Shown piece after piece: positions 1 to 8,788 of a DNA stretch of 32,000 nt (position 1 is the first letter of the stretch; the number at the start of each line of letters is the position of its first letter). Location: the NCBI RefSeq assembly GCF_014252415.1, contig NZ_CP059223.1:150001-182000 (forward strand), read 5' to 3'. This DNA is from Candidatus Saccharimonadota bacterium (GTDB taxonomy: Bacteria; Bacteroidota; Bacteroidia; Flavobacteriales; Blattabacteriaceae). Both the position numbers and the translations under genes were made by a program. The notes under the pieces were generated by a model, which was given only the letters and a program-made list of their open reading frames with translations, searched no databases and was not told where the DNA came from.

Positions 1-1
1 A

Positions 2-835
2 GCATTTAGAGATCCTAATGGGATTAGACCTTTATGCTATGGATTTTTAGATGAAAAAACTTATATATTTAGTTCTGAAACATGTGGGATTGACGCTGTA
101 GGAGGAACTTATATTAGAGATTTATTTCCAGGAGAAATTATAATAATTGATAATGATTCAATTCAATTCTCAATGATGAATAAGATGGAAAATCTAAAAA
201 ATAGAATGTGTTCTTTTGAATATATTTATTTTTCTAGACCAGATTCTTTAATTGATAATTTAAATGTTTATAAAATTCGTGAAAAAAGTGGAGAAAAATT
301 ATACGAACAATATCCTGTAAACGCAGATGTAGTCATTGGAGTACCAGATTCTGGGGTTCCAGCTTCTATAGGATATGCTAAAGCATCTGGAATACCTTTT
401 AAACCTATTCTAATAAAGAATAAATATATAGGTAGATCTTTTATTTTACCTGAAAAAAAAATTCGTGAAAAAATGGTTAATTTAAAATTAAATCCTATTT
501 TACACGAAATAAAAGGAAAACGTATTGTTATTGTTGATGATTCTATTGTTCGTGGAACAACTAGTAAAAGATTAATTGATATATTAAAAAAATCAGGTGC
601 TAAGGAAATTCATTTCCGTAGTGCTTCCCCTCCAATTATTGCTCCTTGTCATCTTGGGGTAAATACTCCAAGAAAAAAAGATTTATTTTCATATAAAAAT
701 ATTGATAAAAATAATATAAAAATAATATTAGATGTAGATAGTTTAGAATTTTTAAGTATGGATAATTTAATAGAAATATTGGGGGGAAAAAATTACTGTT
801 TTGGATGTTTTACGGAAAAATATCCAATTTCATAA
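2..835 (+). CDS. purF: amidophosphoribosyltransferase, C-terminal part (5' end lies left of the window)
   Basis: The frame is open from the window edge (nt 2): AFRDPNGIRPLCYGFLDEKTYIFSSETCGIDAVGG..., continuous with the track ORF 173-835. PRTase motif VIVDDSIVRGTT is present. C-terminal cysteines (APCHLG, CFGCF) fit the Fe-S type PurF. The track start at 173 is only the first in-window Met. Confidence 0.93.
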   Translation, partial: AFRDPNGIRPLCYGFLDEKTYIFSSETCGIDAVGGTYIRDLFPGEIIIIDNDSIQFSMMNKMENLKNRMCSFEYIYFSRPDSLIDNLNVYKIREKSGEKLYEQYPVNADVVIGVPDSGVPASIGYAKASGIPFKPILIKNKYIGRSFILPEKKIREKMVNLKLNPILHEIKGKRIVIVDDSIVRGTTSKRLIDILKKSGAKEIHFRSASPPIIAPCHLGVNTPRKKDLFSYKNIDKNNIKIILDVDSLEFLSMDNLIEILGGKNYCFGCFTEKYPIS

Positions 836-875
836 TGTTATTTTTATTTATTAATTGTATTGATATTTAATTTTT

Positions 876-1853
876 ATGAAAATAAATAATTTTACATATA
901 AAATTAGTAAAATTTTAAAAAAAACTTATAATAAAAGAGTACTAAGTACTTTAAATCATTTTTCAGGATTTTATAAAATATATAATAAATATAAAAATCC
1001 CATTCTTGTTTCTGGGACAGATGGTGTTGGAACAAAAATTTGTTTATCTATAAATTTTAAAAAATATGATGTAATAGGAATAGATTGTTTTGCGATGTGT
1101 ATAAATGATATTTTATGTCATGGGGCTAATCCGTTATTTTTTTTAGATTATTTGGCATGTAATAAAATTAATTCTTTTATTATAGAAAAAATTATTGAAG
1201 GAATGGCTATTTCATGTAAAGATAATCATACGTGTTTCATTGGTGGAGAAACAGCTGAAATGCCAGATTTATATCCTAAAAATTTATATGATATTGCAGG
1301 ATTTTGTGTTGGAATAGTAGATCAAAATAATCTTATTGATGGAAAGAAACTAATTAAAGAAAATGATGTTATAATAGGATTTAAATCTTCAGGAATTCAT
1401 AGTAATGGTTTTTCTATTATTAAAAATATTTTTTCTGAAAGTGATTTAAAAAAATGTTTTTTTGATAAAAGTCCTTTTTATGAAAAACTTTTGATTCCGA
1501 CTAAAATTTATTACAAATTAATTAATTTCTTATTAAAAAATATTTCTATACATGGAATTGCACATATTACTGGAGGGGGGATTTTAGATAACTTATCTAG
1601 AATCATTCCTGAAAATTTATCTGCCGTAATTAATAAAAAAAAAATTCCTATTCAATCTATTTTTCATTTTATACAAAAAAAAGGTAATTTATCGGATAAA
1701 TTAATGTGGGGGACTTTTAATATGGGATTAGGTATGATAATTATAGTATCTTCAAAAGAAGAAAATTTTTTAAAAAAAATTAGTCTTTTAGATAAACCAT
1801 ATTTTATAGGTAATATTGTAAAAAGAAAAAAGGAAAAAATTTATTTGATATAA
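876..1853 (+). CDS. purM: phosphoribosylformylglycinamidine cyclo-ligase (AIR synthetase)
   Basis: ATG start. Motifs GTDGVGTK, GGETAEMP and HITGGG, typical PurM length, and purine-cluster context. Confidence 0.93.
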   Translation: MKINNFTYKISKILKKTYNKRVLSTLNHFSGFYKIYNKYKNPILVSGTDGVGTKICLSINFKKYDVIGIDCFAMCINDILCHGANPLFFLDYLACNKINSFIIEKIIEGMAISCKDNHTCFIGGETAEMPDLYPKNLYDIAGFCVGIVDQNNLIDGKKLIKENDVIIGFKSSGIHSNGFSIIKNIFSESDLKKCFFDKSPFYEKLLIPTKIYYKLINFLLKNISIHGIAHITGGGILDNLSRIIPENLSAVINKKKIPIQSIFHFIQKKGNLSDKLMWGTFNMGLGMIIIVSSKEENFLKKISLLDKPYFIGNIVKRKKEKIYLI

Positions 1854-1862
1854 GAATTTTTT

Positions 1863-2420
1863 ATGAAAAAATTAATTTTTTTAGTATCTGGAAATGGAAC
1901 TAATATGATGCATATTATAAATGCTATTAAAAATAATATATTGGATAATTGTAAGATAATATTAGTTATTTCTGATAGAAATTGTAAGGCTTTACAATAC
2001 GCTATAAATTATGGTATTAAATTTGTCTCTTTAAAAAGAGATAAATTTTTATACGAAAATATAGATCGTTTATTGGTTAAATATCAGCCAAATATTATAA
2101 TATTATCTGGATTTCTTTCTATACTTAATAATATAATTTGTAAAAAATGGTCAGGAAAAATTATTAATATACATCCATCGATATTACCTAAATATGGAGG
2201 AAAAGGAATGTATGGAAAAAAGGTTCATGAATTAGTTATAAAAAATAAAGATAAAATATCAGGAGCAACAGTCCATTTTGTTACAGAAAAAATAGATTCA
2301 GGTTATATTATTTTAAAAAAAATATATAAACTTTCTAAAAATGAAAATGTTGATTCTTTATCTAAAAAAATATCTAGTATAGAAAAAAAAATTTTAATTG
2401 AATCGTTAAAAATATTATGA
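1863..2420 (+). CDS. purN: phosphoribosylglycinamide formyltransferase
   Basis: SGNGTN N-terminus and INIHPSILPKYGG formyltransferase motif. The TGA stop overlaps the purH ATG (ATGA). Confidence 0.9.
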   Translation: MKKLIFLVSGNGTNMMHIINAIKNNILDNCKIILVISDRNCKALQYAINYGIKFVSLKRDKFLYENIDRLLVKYQPNIIILSGFLSILNNIICKKWSGKIINIHPSILPKYGGKGMYGKKVHELVIKNKDKISGATVHFVTEKIDSGYIILKKIYKLSKNENVDSLSKKISSIEKKILIESLKIL

Positions 2421-3949
2421 AAAGAGCTTTTATTAGTGTTTATAATAAAAATAAAAAATTACTAAATTTTTCTTTTTTTTTGAAAAAAAAAAAATATCAA
2501 ATTATATCTACTGGAGGTACATTTAAATTTTTAAAAAAAAATGGATTATGTCCAATAAATATTTCGGATATTACGTCTTTTCCTGAAATTTTGGATGGAA
2601 GAATTAAATCTATACATCCTTATATATATGCTGGTATTTTAGCTAATCGTTCTATTGAAAAACATATAAAATTAATTGATTCTTATAATATTAAACTTAT
2701 TGATATTGTATTAATAGATTGTTATCCATTTTATGAAATGATAAATAATAAATCTATAGAAAAAAAATTTTTATTAGAATTTATAGATATTGGAGGACTA
2801 TCTTTAATTCGAGCAGCAGCTAAAAATTTTCATTATGTAACAGCAATTATAGATAGTAATGACTCTAAATTAGTAACAAAAGAAATTGATTCTGATGGAC
2901 ATACATCATTAATTTTAAGGAAAAAATTAGCAGGAAAAGTATTCAGTTTTACGTCTTATTATGATTCTATTATTTCTCAATATTTTTTTAAAGAAGAAAA
3001 ATTTCCAAAAATAATAAATCTCTGTTATAAAAAAAAAATGAATTTAAAATATGGAGAAAATCCACATCAAAAAGCTTCATTTTATATTGATAATTTTAAT
3101 GAGAAAGGTGCTATGTCTAATTTTAATCAAATACATGGTAAAAAAATTTCTTTTAATAATATAAGAGATATAGATATAGCTTGGAAAATTGTTAATCAAT
3201 TTTCTGATCCTACCTGTTGTATTATAAAACATTCTACTCCTTGTGGTGTAGCATCGGGTAAAAATATTATTGAAGCATTTAAAAACGCTTATTATTCAGA
3301 TTCCATTTCATCTTTTGGAGGAGTAGTTGCATTTAATACAGTAATTTCCTGTGAATTGGCAATGAAAATAAATCATTTATTTTTAGAAGTTATAATTGCT
3401 CCATTTTATGAAAAAGGTTGCATCGAAATTCTAAAATTAAAAAAAAATTTAATAATTATTAATATAAATAATTTTTCTTCGGATGAAATAGAATACGTAA
3501 AGGTTGATGGAGGATTCTTGGTACAAGAATCAGATTATTTATTAAATAAAAAAAATGATAATTACAAAATAGTTACAAAAAAAAATTTTTCTAATCAGGA
3601 AATAAAATCATTATTTTTTGCACAAAAAGTAGTAAAATTTGTTAAATCTAATGCCATTGTTGTTGCTAGGGGTACACAAACATTAGGTATTTCTGGAGGA
3701 CAAACTAATAGAATATGGGCAGCTCGTCAAGCTATAAACAGAGCATTAGAAAAAAATAAAAAAGAATTAGTTCTTGTTTCTGATGCATTTTTTCCTTTTA
3801 AAGATATAATAGATGAAATTGCAAATTCTAAAAGAATATATGCGATTTTACAACCTGGGGGTTCTATCCGAGATTATGAATCTATTGAAGCTTGTAATCA
3901 TTACGGTATAGCCATGGCTTTTACTGGAAAAAGATATTTTAAACATTAA
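2417..3949 (+). CDS. purH: bifunctional AICAR transformylase / IMP cyclohydrolase
   Basis: 510 aa. N-terminal MGS-like ISTGGT, YGENPHQ motif, and an AICARFT C-terminal region. Confidence 0.95.
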   Translation: MKRAFISVYNKNKKLLNFSFFLKKKKYQIISTGGTFKFLKKNGLCPINISDITSFPEILDGRIKSIHPYIYAGILANRSIEKHIKLIDSYNIKLIDIVLIDCYPFYEMINNKSIEKKFLLEFIDIGGLSLIRAAAKNFHYVTAIIDSNDSKLVTKEIDSDGHTSLILRKKLAGKVFSFTSYYDSIISQYFFKEEKFPKIINLCYKKKMNLKYGENPHQKASFYIDNFNEKGAMSNFNQIHGKKISFNNIRDIDIAWKIVNQFSDPTCCIIKHSTPCGVASGKNIIEAFKNAYYSDSISSFGGVVAFNTVISCELAMKINHLFLEVIIAPFYEKGCIEILKLKKNLIIININNFSSDEIEYVKVDGGFLVQESDYLLNKKNDNYKIVTKKNFSNQEIKSLFFAQKVVKFVKSNAIVVARGTQTLGISGGQTNRIWAARQAINRALEKNKKELVLVSDAFFPFKDIIDEIANSKRIYAILQPGGSIRDYESIEACNHYGIAMAFTGKRYFKH

Positions 3950-3955
3950 AAGATT

Positions 3956-5194
3956 ATGAAAATTTTAATACTTGGAGGAGGAGGAAGGGAACATGCTATT
4001 GGAAAAAAATTATTAGAAGGAAATATTAATATAATACTATATTTTTATCCTGGAAATGGTGGAACAAAATTAATAGGATCTAATATAGAAAAAAAATGTT
4101 CCATATTAGATTTAGCAATGTTTTCTAAAAAAAATAATATAGAACTTACAATAGTTGGATCAGAAATTTTTCTTGTACAAGAAGTTGTAGACTTATTTCA
4201 ATTTTATCAATTAAATATAATTGGACCAAATTATTATTCATCTAGATTAGAAGGAGATAAAATTTTTGGAAAATCCTTTATGAAAAAATATGGAATTAGA
4301 ACTCCTGAATACGAAACGTTTGATTCATATAATGAAGCAAAAAAATTTTTAAAAAAAAAAAATAATCCACTAGTTATTAAATTTAATGGTCTTGCCTCAG
4401 GAAAGGGAGTTATTATTGCTCATAATCAAAATGATTATAAAAAAGCAATAAAAAATATTATGATAGAAAATAAGTTTGGAAAAAATGGAAAAAAGATAAT
4501 AATAGAAGAGTATTTAAACGGAAAAGAAGTCTCTATATTATCAATTTTTAATAAAAAAAGAATCATTCCTTTTTTATCTTCTAAAGATTATAAAAAAATA
4601 GGAAATAACGATTGTGGTTTAAATACAGGTGGTATGGGATCAATAACTCCAAATCCTTATATGAATAGTGCTATGTGGACAGATTTTAATAAAAATATAT
4701 TACAACCTACTTTTGAAGGTCTAATTTCAGAAAAATTAACTTTTTTAGGATTTTTATATTTTGGATTAATGATATATAATAATAAGATTTATCTATTAGA
4801 ATATAATACTAGATTAGGAGATCCTGAAACTCAATCATTACTTCCATTAATGAAAAATAATTTTTTATATATGTTAAAATCTTTTTTTTATGAAGATAAA
4901 ATAAATATTTTATGGAAAAATTATTCCTCATGTTGTATAGTTTTATCTTCATTAGGATATCCAGAAAAATATAAAATAGGAAATTGTATTAGTAATTTGG
5001 ATAAATTAGAAGAACCTTTTTATATTGCAGGAGCAAGAAAAGAAAACCAACAATGGTACACTTCCGGAGGAAGAGTATTAAATGTTATAGGAATTGATAA
5101 AAATATAAAATATGCAAGAGAAAATGCATATAAAAAAATTAATAATATTAAATGTAATAATCTTTATTATAGAAAAGATATAGGTTTATATTAA
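3956..5194 (+). CDS. purD: phosphoribosylamine-glycine ligase (GAR synthetase)
   Basis: MKILILGGGGREHAI N-terminus, ATP-grasp core, 412 aa. Confidence 0.93.
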   Translation: MKILILGGGGREHAIGKKLLEGNINIILYFYPGNGGTKLIGSNIEKKCSILDLAMFSKKNNIELTIVGSEIFLVQEVVDLFQFYQLNIIGPNYYSSRLEGDKIFGKSFMKKYGIRTPEYETFDSYNEAKKFLKKKNNPLVIKFNGLASGKGVIIAHNQNDYKKAIKNIMIENKFGKNGKKIIIEEYLNGKEVSILSIFNKKRIIPFLSSKDYKKIGNNDCGLNTGGMGSITPNPYMNSAMWTDFNKNILQPTFEGLISEKLTFLGFLYFGLMIYNNKIYLLEYNTRLGDPETQSLLPLMKNNFLYMLKSFFYEDKINILWKNYSSCCIVLSSLGYPEKYKIGNCISNLDKLEEPFYIAGARKENQQWYTSGGRVLNVIGIDKNIKYARENAYKKINNIKCNNLYYRKDIGLY

Positions 5195-5197
5195 AAA

Positions 5198-6751
5198 ATG
5201 AAAATTAAAGAATCAATTATTATATTAGATTTTGGATCACAATATAGTCACATAATTTCAAGAAGAATAAGAGATATAGGTATATATACCATATTATGTG
5301 AACATAATATTTCTGTTTCTAATATTATTTATAAACAACCTAAAGGTATTATTTTATCAGGAGGACCATTTTCAGTCTATAATAAAAATTATCCATCAAT
5401 ATATAAAAATATTTTAGAATTAAATATTCCAATATTAGGAATTTGTTACGGAATGCAATTAATTTCTTATTTATTTGGAGGAATAATAAAATCATCTAAA
5501 AATAAAGAATATGGAAAATCTTATCTATCTATTATAGATAGGAAAAATCCATTATTTTTAGGAATTCCTAAAAATAAATCTATTGTAGTTTGGATGAGTC
5601 ATTCTGATGAAATAAAAAAAATTCCAAAAGAATTAAAAATTATAGGAAAAACCAAATCTTGCCCAATTGCTGCATTTTATCATAAAGAAAAAAATATTTA
5701 TGCAGTACAATTTCATCCAGAAGTAAGTCATACAGAATTTGGAATAATAATGATTAAAAATTTTGTTATAAAAATTTGTAAATGTAAAACCAATAACTAC
5801 AATTTATTAAATAATATTATAAAAAAAAGTATTCATAATATAATAAAAGTTGTATCCAAAAAAAAAGTAATATTAGGAATATCTGGAGGATTAGATTCTT
5901 TTGTTACTGCTTTATTAATTTATAAGGCTATAAAAAATTCTTTATATTGTATTTTCATAAATCATGGACTTCTTTTAGAAGAAGAAGAAAAATTTATAAA
6001 AAAAATTTGTAAATCTGTTGAATTTCCAATTCGGATAATAAATGCTAAAGATAAATTTTTATCCAAACTAGTTGGAGTTACTAATCCAGAACAAAAAAGA
6101 AAAATTATAGGTGAAGAATTTATTAAAATTTTTCAAAAAGAATCAAAAAATATCAATGATGTTAAATTTTTAGCCCAAGGAACAATATATTCAGATGTTA
6201 TTGAATCTTCTAAAAGTTCAAAATTATCAGATTCGATTAAATCTCATCATAATGTAGGAGGATTGCCAAAAAATATGAATTTAAAATTACTTGAACCACT
6301 AAAAAAATTTTTTAAGGACGAAGTTAAAGAAATAGGACGTATATTAGGTGTACCTAACTATTTATTAAATAAACATCCATTTCCTGGTCCAGGAATAGGG
6401 ATACGAATTATTGGTGAAATAAATGAAAAAAAAATTTCTATTTTAAGAAAAGCAGAAAATATTTTATTTCAAGAATTAAATAACTATAAATTATATAAAA
6501 TTGTAGATCAAGCGTTCATAATTTTATTACCTATTAAATCTGTTGGAATAATGGGAGATAAAAGATCATATGAATATACTGCTATCCTACGTTCAATTAA
6601 TACAAAAGATTTTATGACAGCTACTTTCTCATATTTATCTTATGAATTTCTAGAACAAGTATCAAATAGGATAATAAATGAAGTTAATGGTATAAATAGA
6701 ATGTTATATGATATTTCATCAAAACCACCATCTACTATTGAATGGGAATAA
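5198..6751 (+). CDS. guaA: glutamine-hydrolysing GMP synthase
   Basis: GATase nucleophile GICYGMQ plus FHPE, PP-loop SGGLDS, and the conserved C-terminus PPSTIEWE. Confidence 0.96.
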   Translation: MKIKESIIILDFGSQYSHIISRRIRDIGIYTILCEHNISVSNIIYKQPKGIILSGGPFSVYNKNYPSIYKNILELNIPILGICYGMQLISYLFGGIIKSSKNKEYGKSYLSIIDRKNPLFLGIPKNKSIVVWMSHSDEIKKIPKELKIIGKTKSCPIAAFYHKEKNIYAVQFHPEVSHTEFGIIMIKNFVIKICKCKTNNYNLLNNIIKKSIHNIIKVVSKKKVILGISGGLDSFVTALLIYKAIKNSLYCIFINHGLLLEEEEKFIKKICKSVEFPIRIINAKDKFLSKLVGVTNPEQKRKIIGEEFIKIFQKESKNINDVKFLAQGTIYSDVIESSKSSKLSDSIKSHHNVGGLPKNMNLKLLEPLKKFFKDEVKEIGRILGVPNYLLNKHPFPGPGIGIRIIGEINEKKISILRKAENILFQELNNYKLYKIVDQAFIILLPIKSVGIMGDKRSYEYTAILRSINTKDFMTATFSYLSYEFLEQVSNRIINEVNGINRMLYDISSKPPSTIEWE

Positions 6752-6758
6752 TCATGAT

Positions 6759-7598
6759 TTATATCATCATATTAATTAATTTATATAAGGTTTTTTTTAA
6801 TTCAGTTCTTGGAGAGATAAGATCTATAAATCCATGTTCTATAAGAAATTCTGATGTTTGAAATCCTTTTGGTAAATTTTTACCTATTGTTTCTTTAATA
6901 ACTCTTGGTCCAGCAAACCCTATTAAAGCCCCAGGTTCAGCTATATTTATATCTCCTAATAAAGCATAAGATGCACTTACCCCACCCATAGTAGGGTCAG
7001 TTAATATAGAAATATATGGGATTTTAGAATTTCGTAATTGAGTTAATCTAGCTGTAGTTTTAGCCATTTGCATTAATGAAAAAGAAGATTCCATAATTCT
7101 TGCTCCACCTGATTTAGATATAATAATGTATGGATATTTTTTTTCAATACAATATTTTATTGCTCTAGATATTTTTTCTCCAACAACGGATCCCATAGAT
7201 CCTCCTATAAAAGAAAAATCCATACAAGATATTACTATTTTTATTCCACCTATTTTCCCTATTCCTGTTCTAATTGCATCACATAAATTTGTTTTTTTTT
7301 TAGCTTCTATAATTCTATTTCTATATTTTTTAGAATCTTTCCATTTTATTGGATCTTTACTAGTAATATTATTATTGATTTCTAAAAATTTTTTGTTATC
7401 AAATAAAATTTCAAAATATTCTTTACTATGTATTCTTACGTGATATCCATCTTCTGGACTAACATAAGCATTTTTTTTTAAAATTTCTGTATCAACAATT
7501 TTTCCACTTGGAGTTTTGTACCATAAACCTTTAGGTAAAGTTTTTCTATCATCTATTGATGTAAGAATATTTTTTTTTTTTCTTAAAAACCAATTCAT
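6759..7598 (-). CDS. accD: acetyl-CoA carboxylase carboxyltransferase beta subunit
   Basis: MDFSFIGGSMGSVVGEK, SGGARIMES and GFAGPRVI carboxyltransferase motifs. ATG start at 7598. Confidence 0.93.
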   Translation of the reverse strand: MNWFLRKKKNILTSIDDRKTLPKGLWYKTPSGKIVDTEILKKNAYVSPEDGYHVRIHSKEYFEILFDNKKFLEINNNITSKDPIKWKDSKKYRNRIIEAKKKTNLCDAIRTGIGKIGGIKIVISCMDFSFIGGSMGSVVGEKISRAIKYCIEKKYPYIIISKSGGARIMESSFSLMQMAKTTARLTQLRNSKIPYISILTDPTMGGVSASYALLGDINIAEPGALIGFAGPRVIKETIGKNLPKGFQTSEFLIEHGFIDLISPRTELKKTLYKLINMMI

Positions 7599-7612
7599 AA
7601 TTTTATAATTTT

Positions 7613-8686
7613 TTATAAAGTATTAATATTATTCATAAGTTTAAAATACTTTTTTAAAGTATTTTTGAAATGATTTTCCCCTTCTCTTAACCAAACTCTA
7701 GGATCGTAATATTTTTTATTTGGAACATATTTTCCATATGGATTTCCTATTTGTTTTTTTATATATTCTTTATTTTCATTCATATAATTTCTTACACCAG
7801 AAGTAAAAGCATATTGAAGATCTGTATCTACATTCATTTTTACTACTCCATATTCAATAGATTTTTTTATCTCTTCTTCAGATGAACCAGATCCACCATG
7901 AAAAACAAAAGATATAGGATTGTTTCTAGTACTAAATTTTTTTTGTATATACTCCTGAGTATTTTTTAATATTATTGGACGAAGTATAACATTTCCAGGT
8001 TTATAAACACCATGAACATTTCCAAAAGCAGCTGCTATAATAAAATTATTACTAATTTTTATTAATTTTTTGTAAGCATAATAAATTTCTTCTGGTTGTG
8101 TATAAAGTTTTTTATTATCAATATTAGAATTATCTATACCATCTTCCTCTCCTCCAGTTACACCTAATTCTATTTCGATAGTCATATTCATTTTATTCAT
8201 CTTTTCGAAATATTTATTACAAATTTTTATATTTTCTTTTAAAGGTTCTTGGGATAAATCTAACATATGTGAACTAAATAATGTTTTTCCATTTTTTTTA
8301 TAAAAATTTTTATTTTCTTTTATTAATCCATCTATCCATGTTAAATCTGATTTAGAACAATGATCAGTATGAAGTATTACTGTTGATTTATAAAATTCAG
8401 CTAATGTATGAACATGCATAGCACATGCTATTGCCCCTTTTATTGCAGATTCCTGTTTATTTTTTTGTTTTATTGATCCTATACCAGCATTAAAAATAGA
8501 TCCCCCTCTAGATAATTGTATAATAATAGGTGAATTGACTATTGAAGCTGTTTCCAGAGCAGTATTTATTGTATTAGATCCAATTACATTTACCGCTGGT
8601 ATAGAAAAAGAATTTTCTTTAGCATATTCAAAAAGTTCTTTAACTAGATTACCAGTAATTACTCCATAAGGAAATTTTCTGTGCAT
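7613..8686 (-). CDS. fbaA: class II fructose-bisphosphate aldolase
   Basis: 357 aa colinear with class IIa FBA (IIQLSRGG, HTDHC, FVFHGGSGS, KMNVDTD). ATG start. Confidence 0.94.
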   Translation of the reverse strand: MHRKFPYGVITGNLVKELFEYAKENSFSIPAVNVIGSNTINTALETASIVNSPIIIQLSRGGSIFNAGIGSIKQKNKQESAIKGAIACAMHVHTLAEFYKSTVILHTDHCSKSDLTWIDGLIKENKNFYKKNGKTLFSSHMLDLSQEPLKENIKICNKYFEKMNKMNMTIEIELGVTGGEEDGIDNSNIDNKKLYTQPEEIYYAYKKLIKISNNFIIAAAFGNVHGVYKPGNVILRPIILKNTQEYIQKKFSTRNNPISFVFHGGSGSSEEEIKKSIEYGVVKMNVDTDLQYAFTSGVRNYMNENKEYIKKQIGNPYGKYVPNKKYYDPRVWLREGENHFKNTLKKYFKLMNNINTL

Positions 8687-8712
8687 AATTATTTTTATTT
8701 TATAAGGATAAA

Positions 8713-8720
8713 CAAATGTA
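8713..8720 (-). promoter_or_regulatory. candidate Bacteroidota sigma-A -7 box (TAnnTTTG) upstream of fbaA
   Basis: The minus strand reads TACATTTG, ending about 26 nt upstream of the fbaA ATG. I saw no convincing -33 TTTG. A chance match is plausible in this AT-rich spacer. Confidence 0.3.
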
Positions 8721-8788
8721 AAAAAAACTATTATAATTAAATTATTACATTAAATTATCTTTTTATTCATACTTTAAAAATATTTTTT

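Noticed and set aside
2418-2420. Possibility of UGA recoding (code 4), as seen in some tiny symbiont genomes.
   Set aside because: TGA terminates purN exactly at the expected C-terminus and overlaps the purH ATG. Trp is encoded by TGG throughout (for example WEYEKD and IEWE), and no conserved protein requires read-through of TGA.
7126-7443. 105-aa plus-strand ORF in the track.
   Set aside because: It lies entirely antisense to the well-conserved accD. Its F/I/L-rich composition is what the reverse strand of K/N/E-rich coding DNA produces, and it has no recognisable motif.
7449-7514. The AccD N-terminal zinc finger has lost all four cysteines (KTPSGK...VSPEDGYHVRI versus E. coli KCDSCG...VCPKCDHHMRM).
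   Set aside because: It is real in the sequence, but as far as I recall the Cys-less LWYK(S/T)P(T/S)GK...VSPED.(F/Y)HVRI form is the normal state of AccD across free-living Flavobacteriia. It is therefore a lineage trait rather than something new here. I could not verify this by alignment.
8687-8788. Checked the 102-nt divergent spacer, along with 25974-26096 and 18617-18694, for a hidden tRNA, sRNA or riboswitch.
   Set aside because: The spacers are almost pure A/T, with no complementary arms or conserved boxes. They are too short or too unstructured for a tRNA or a known cis-regulatory RNA. Only weak promoter-like TAnnTTTG matches were retained, as low-confidence features.
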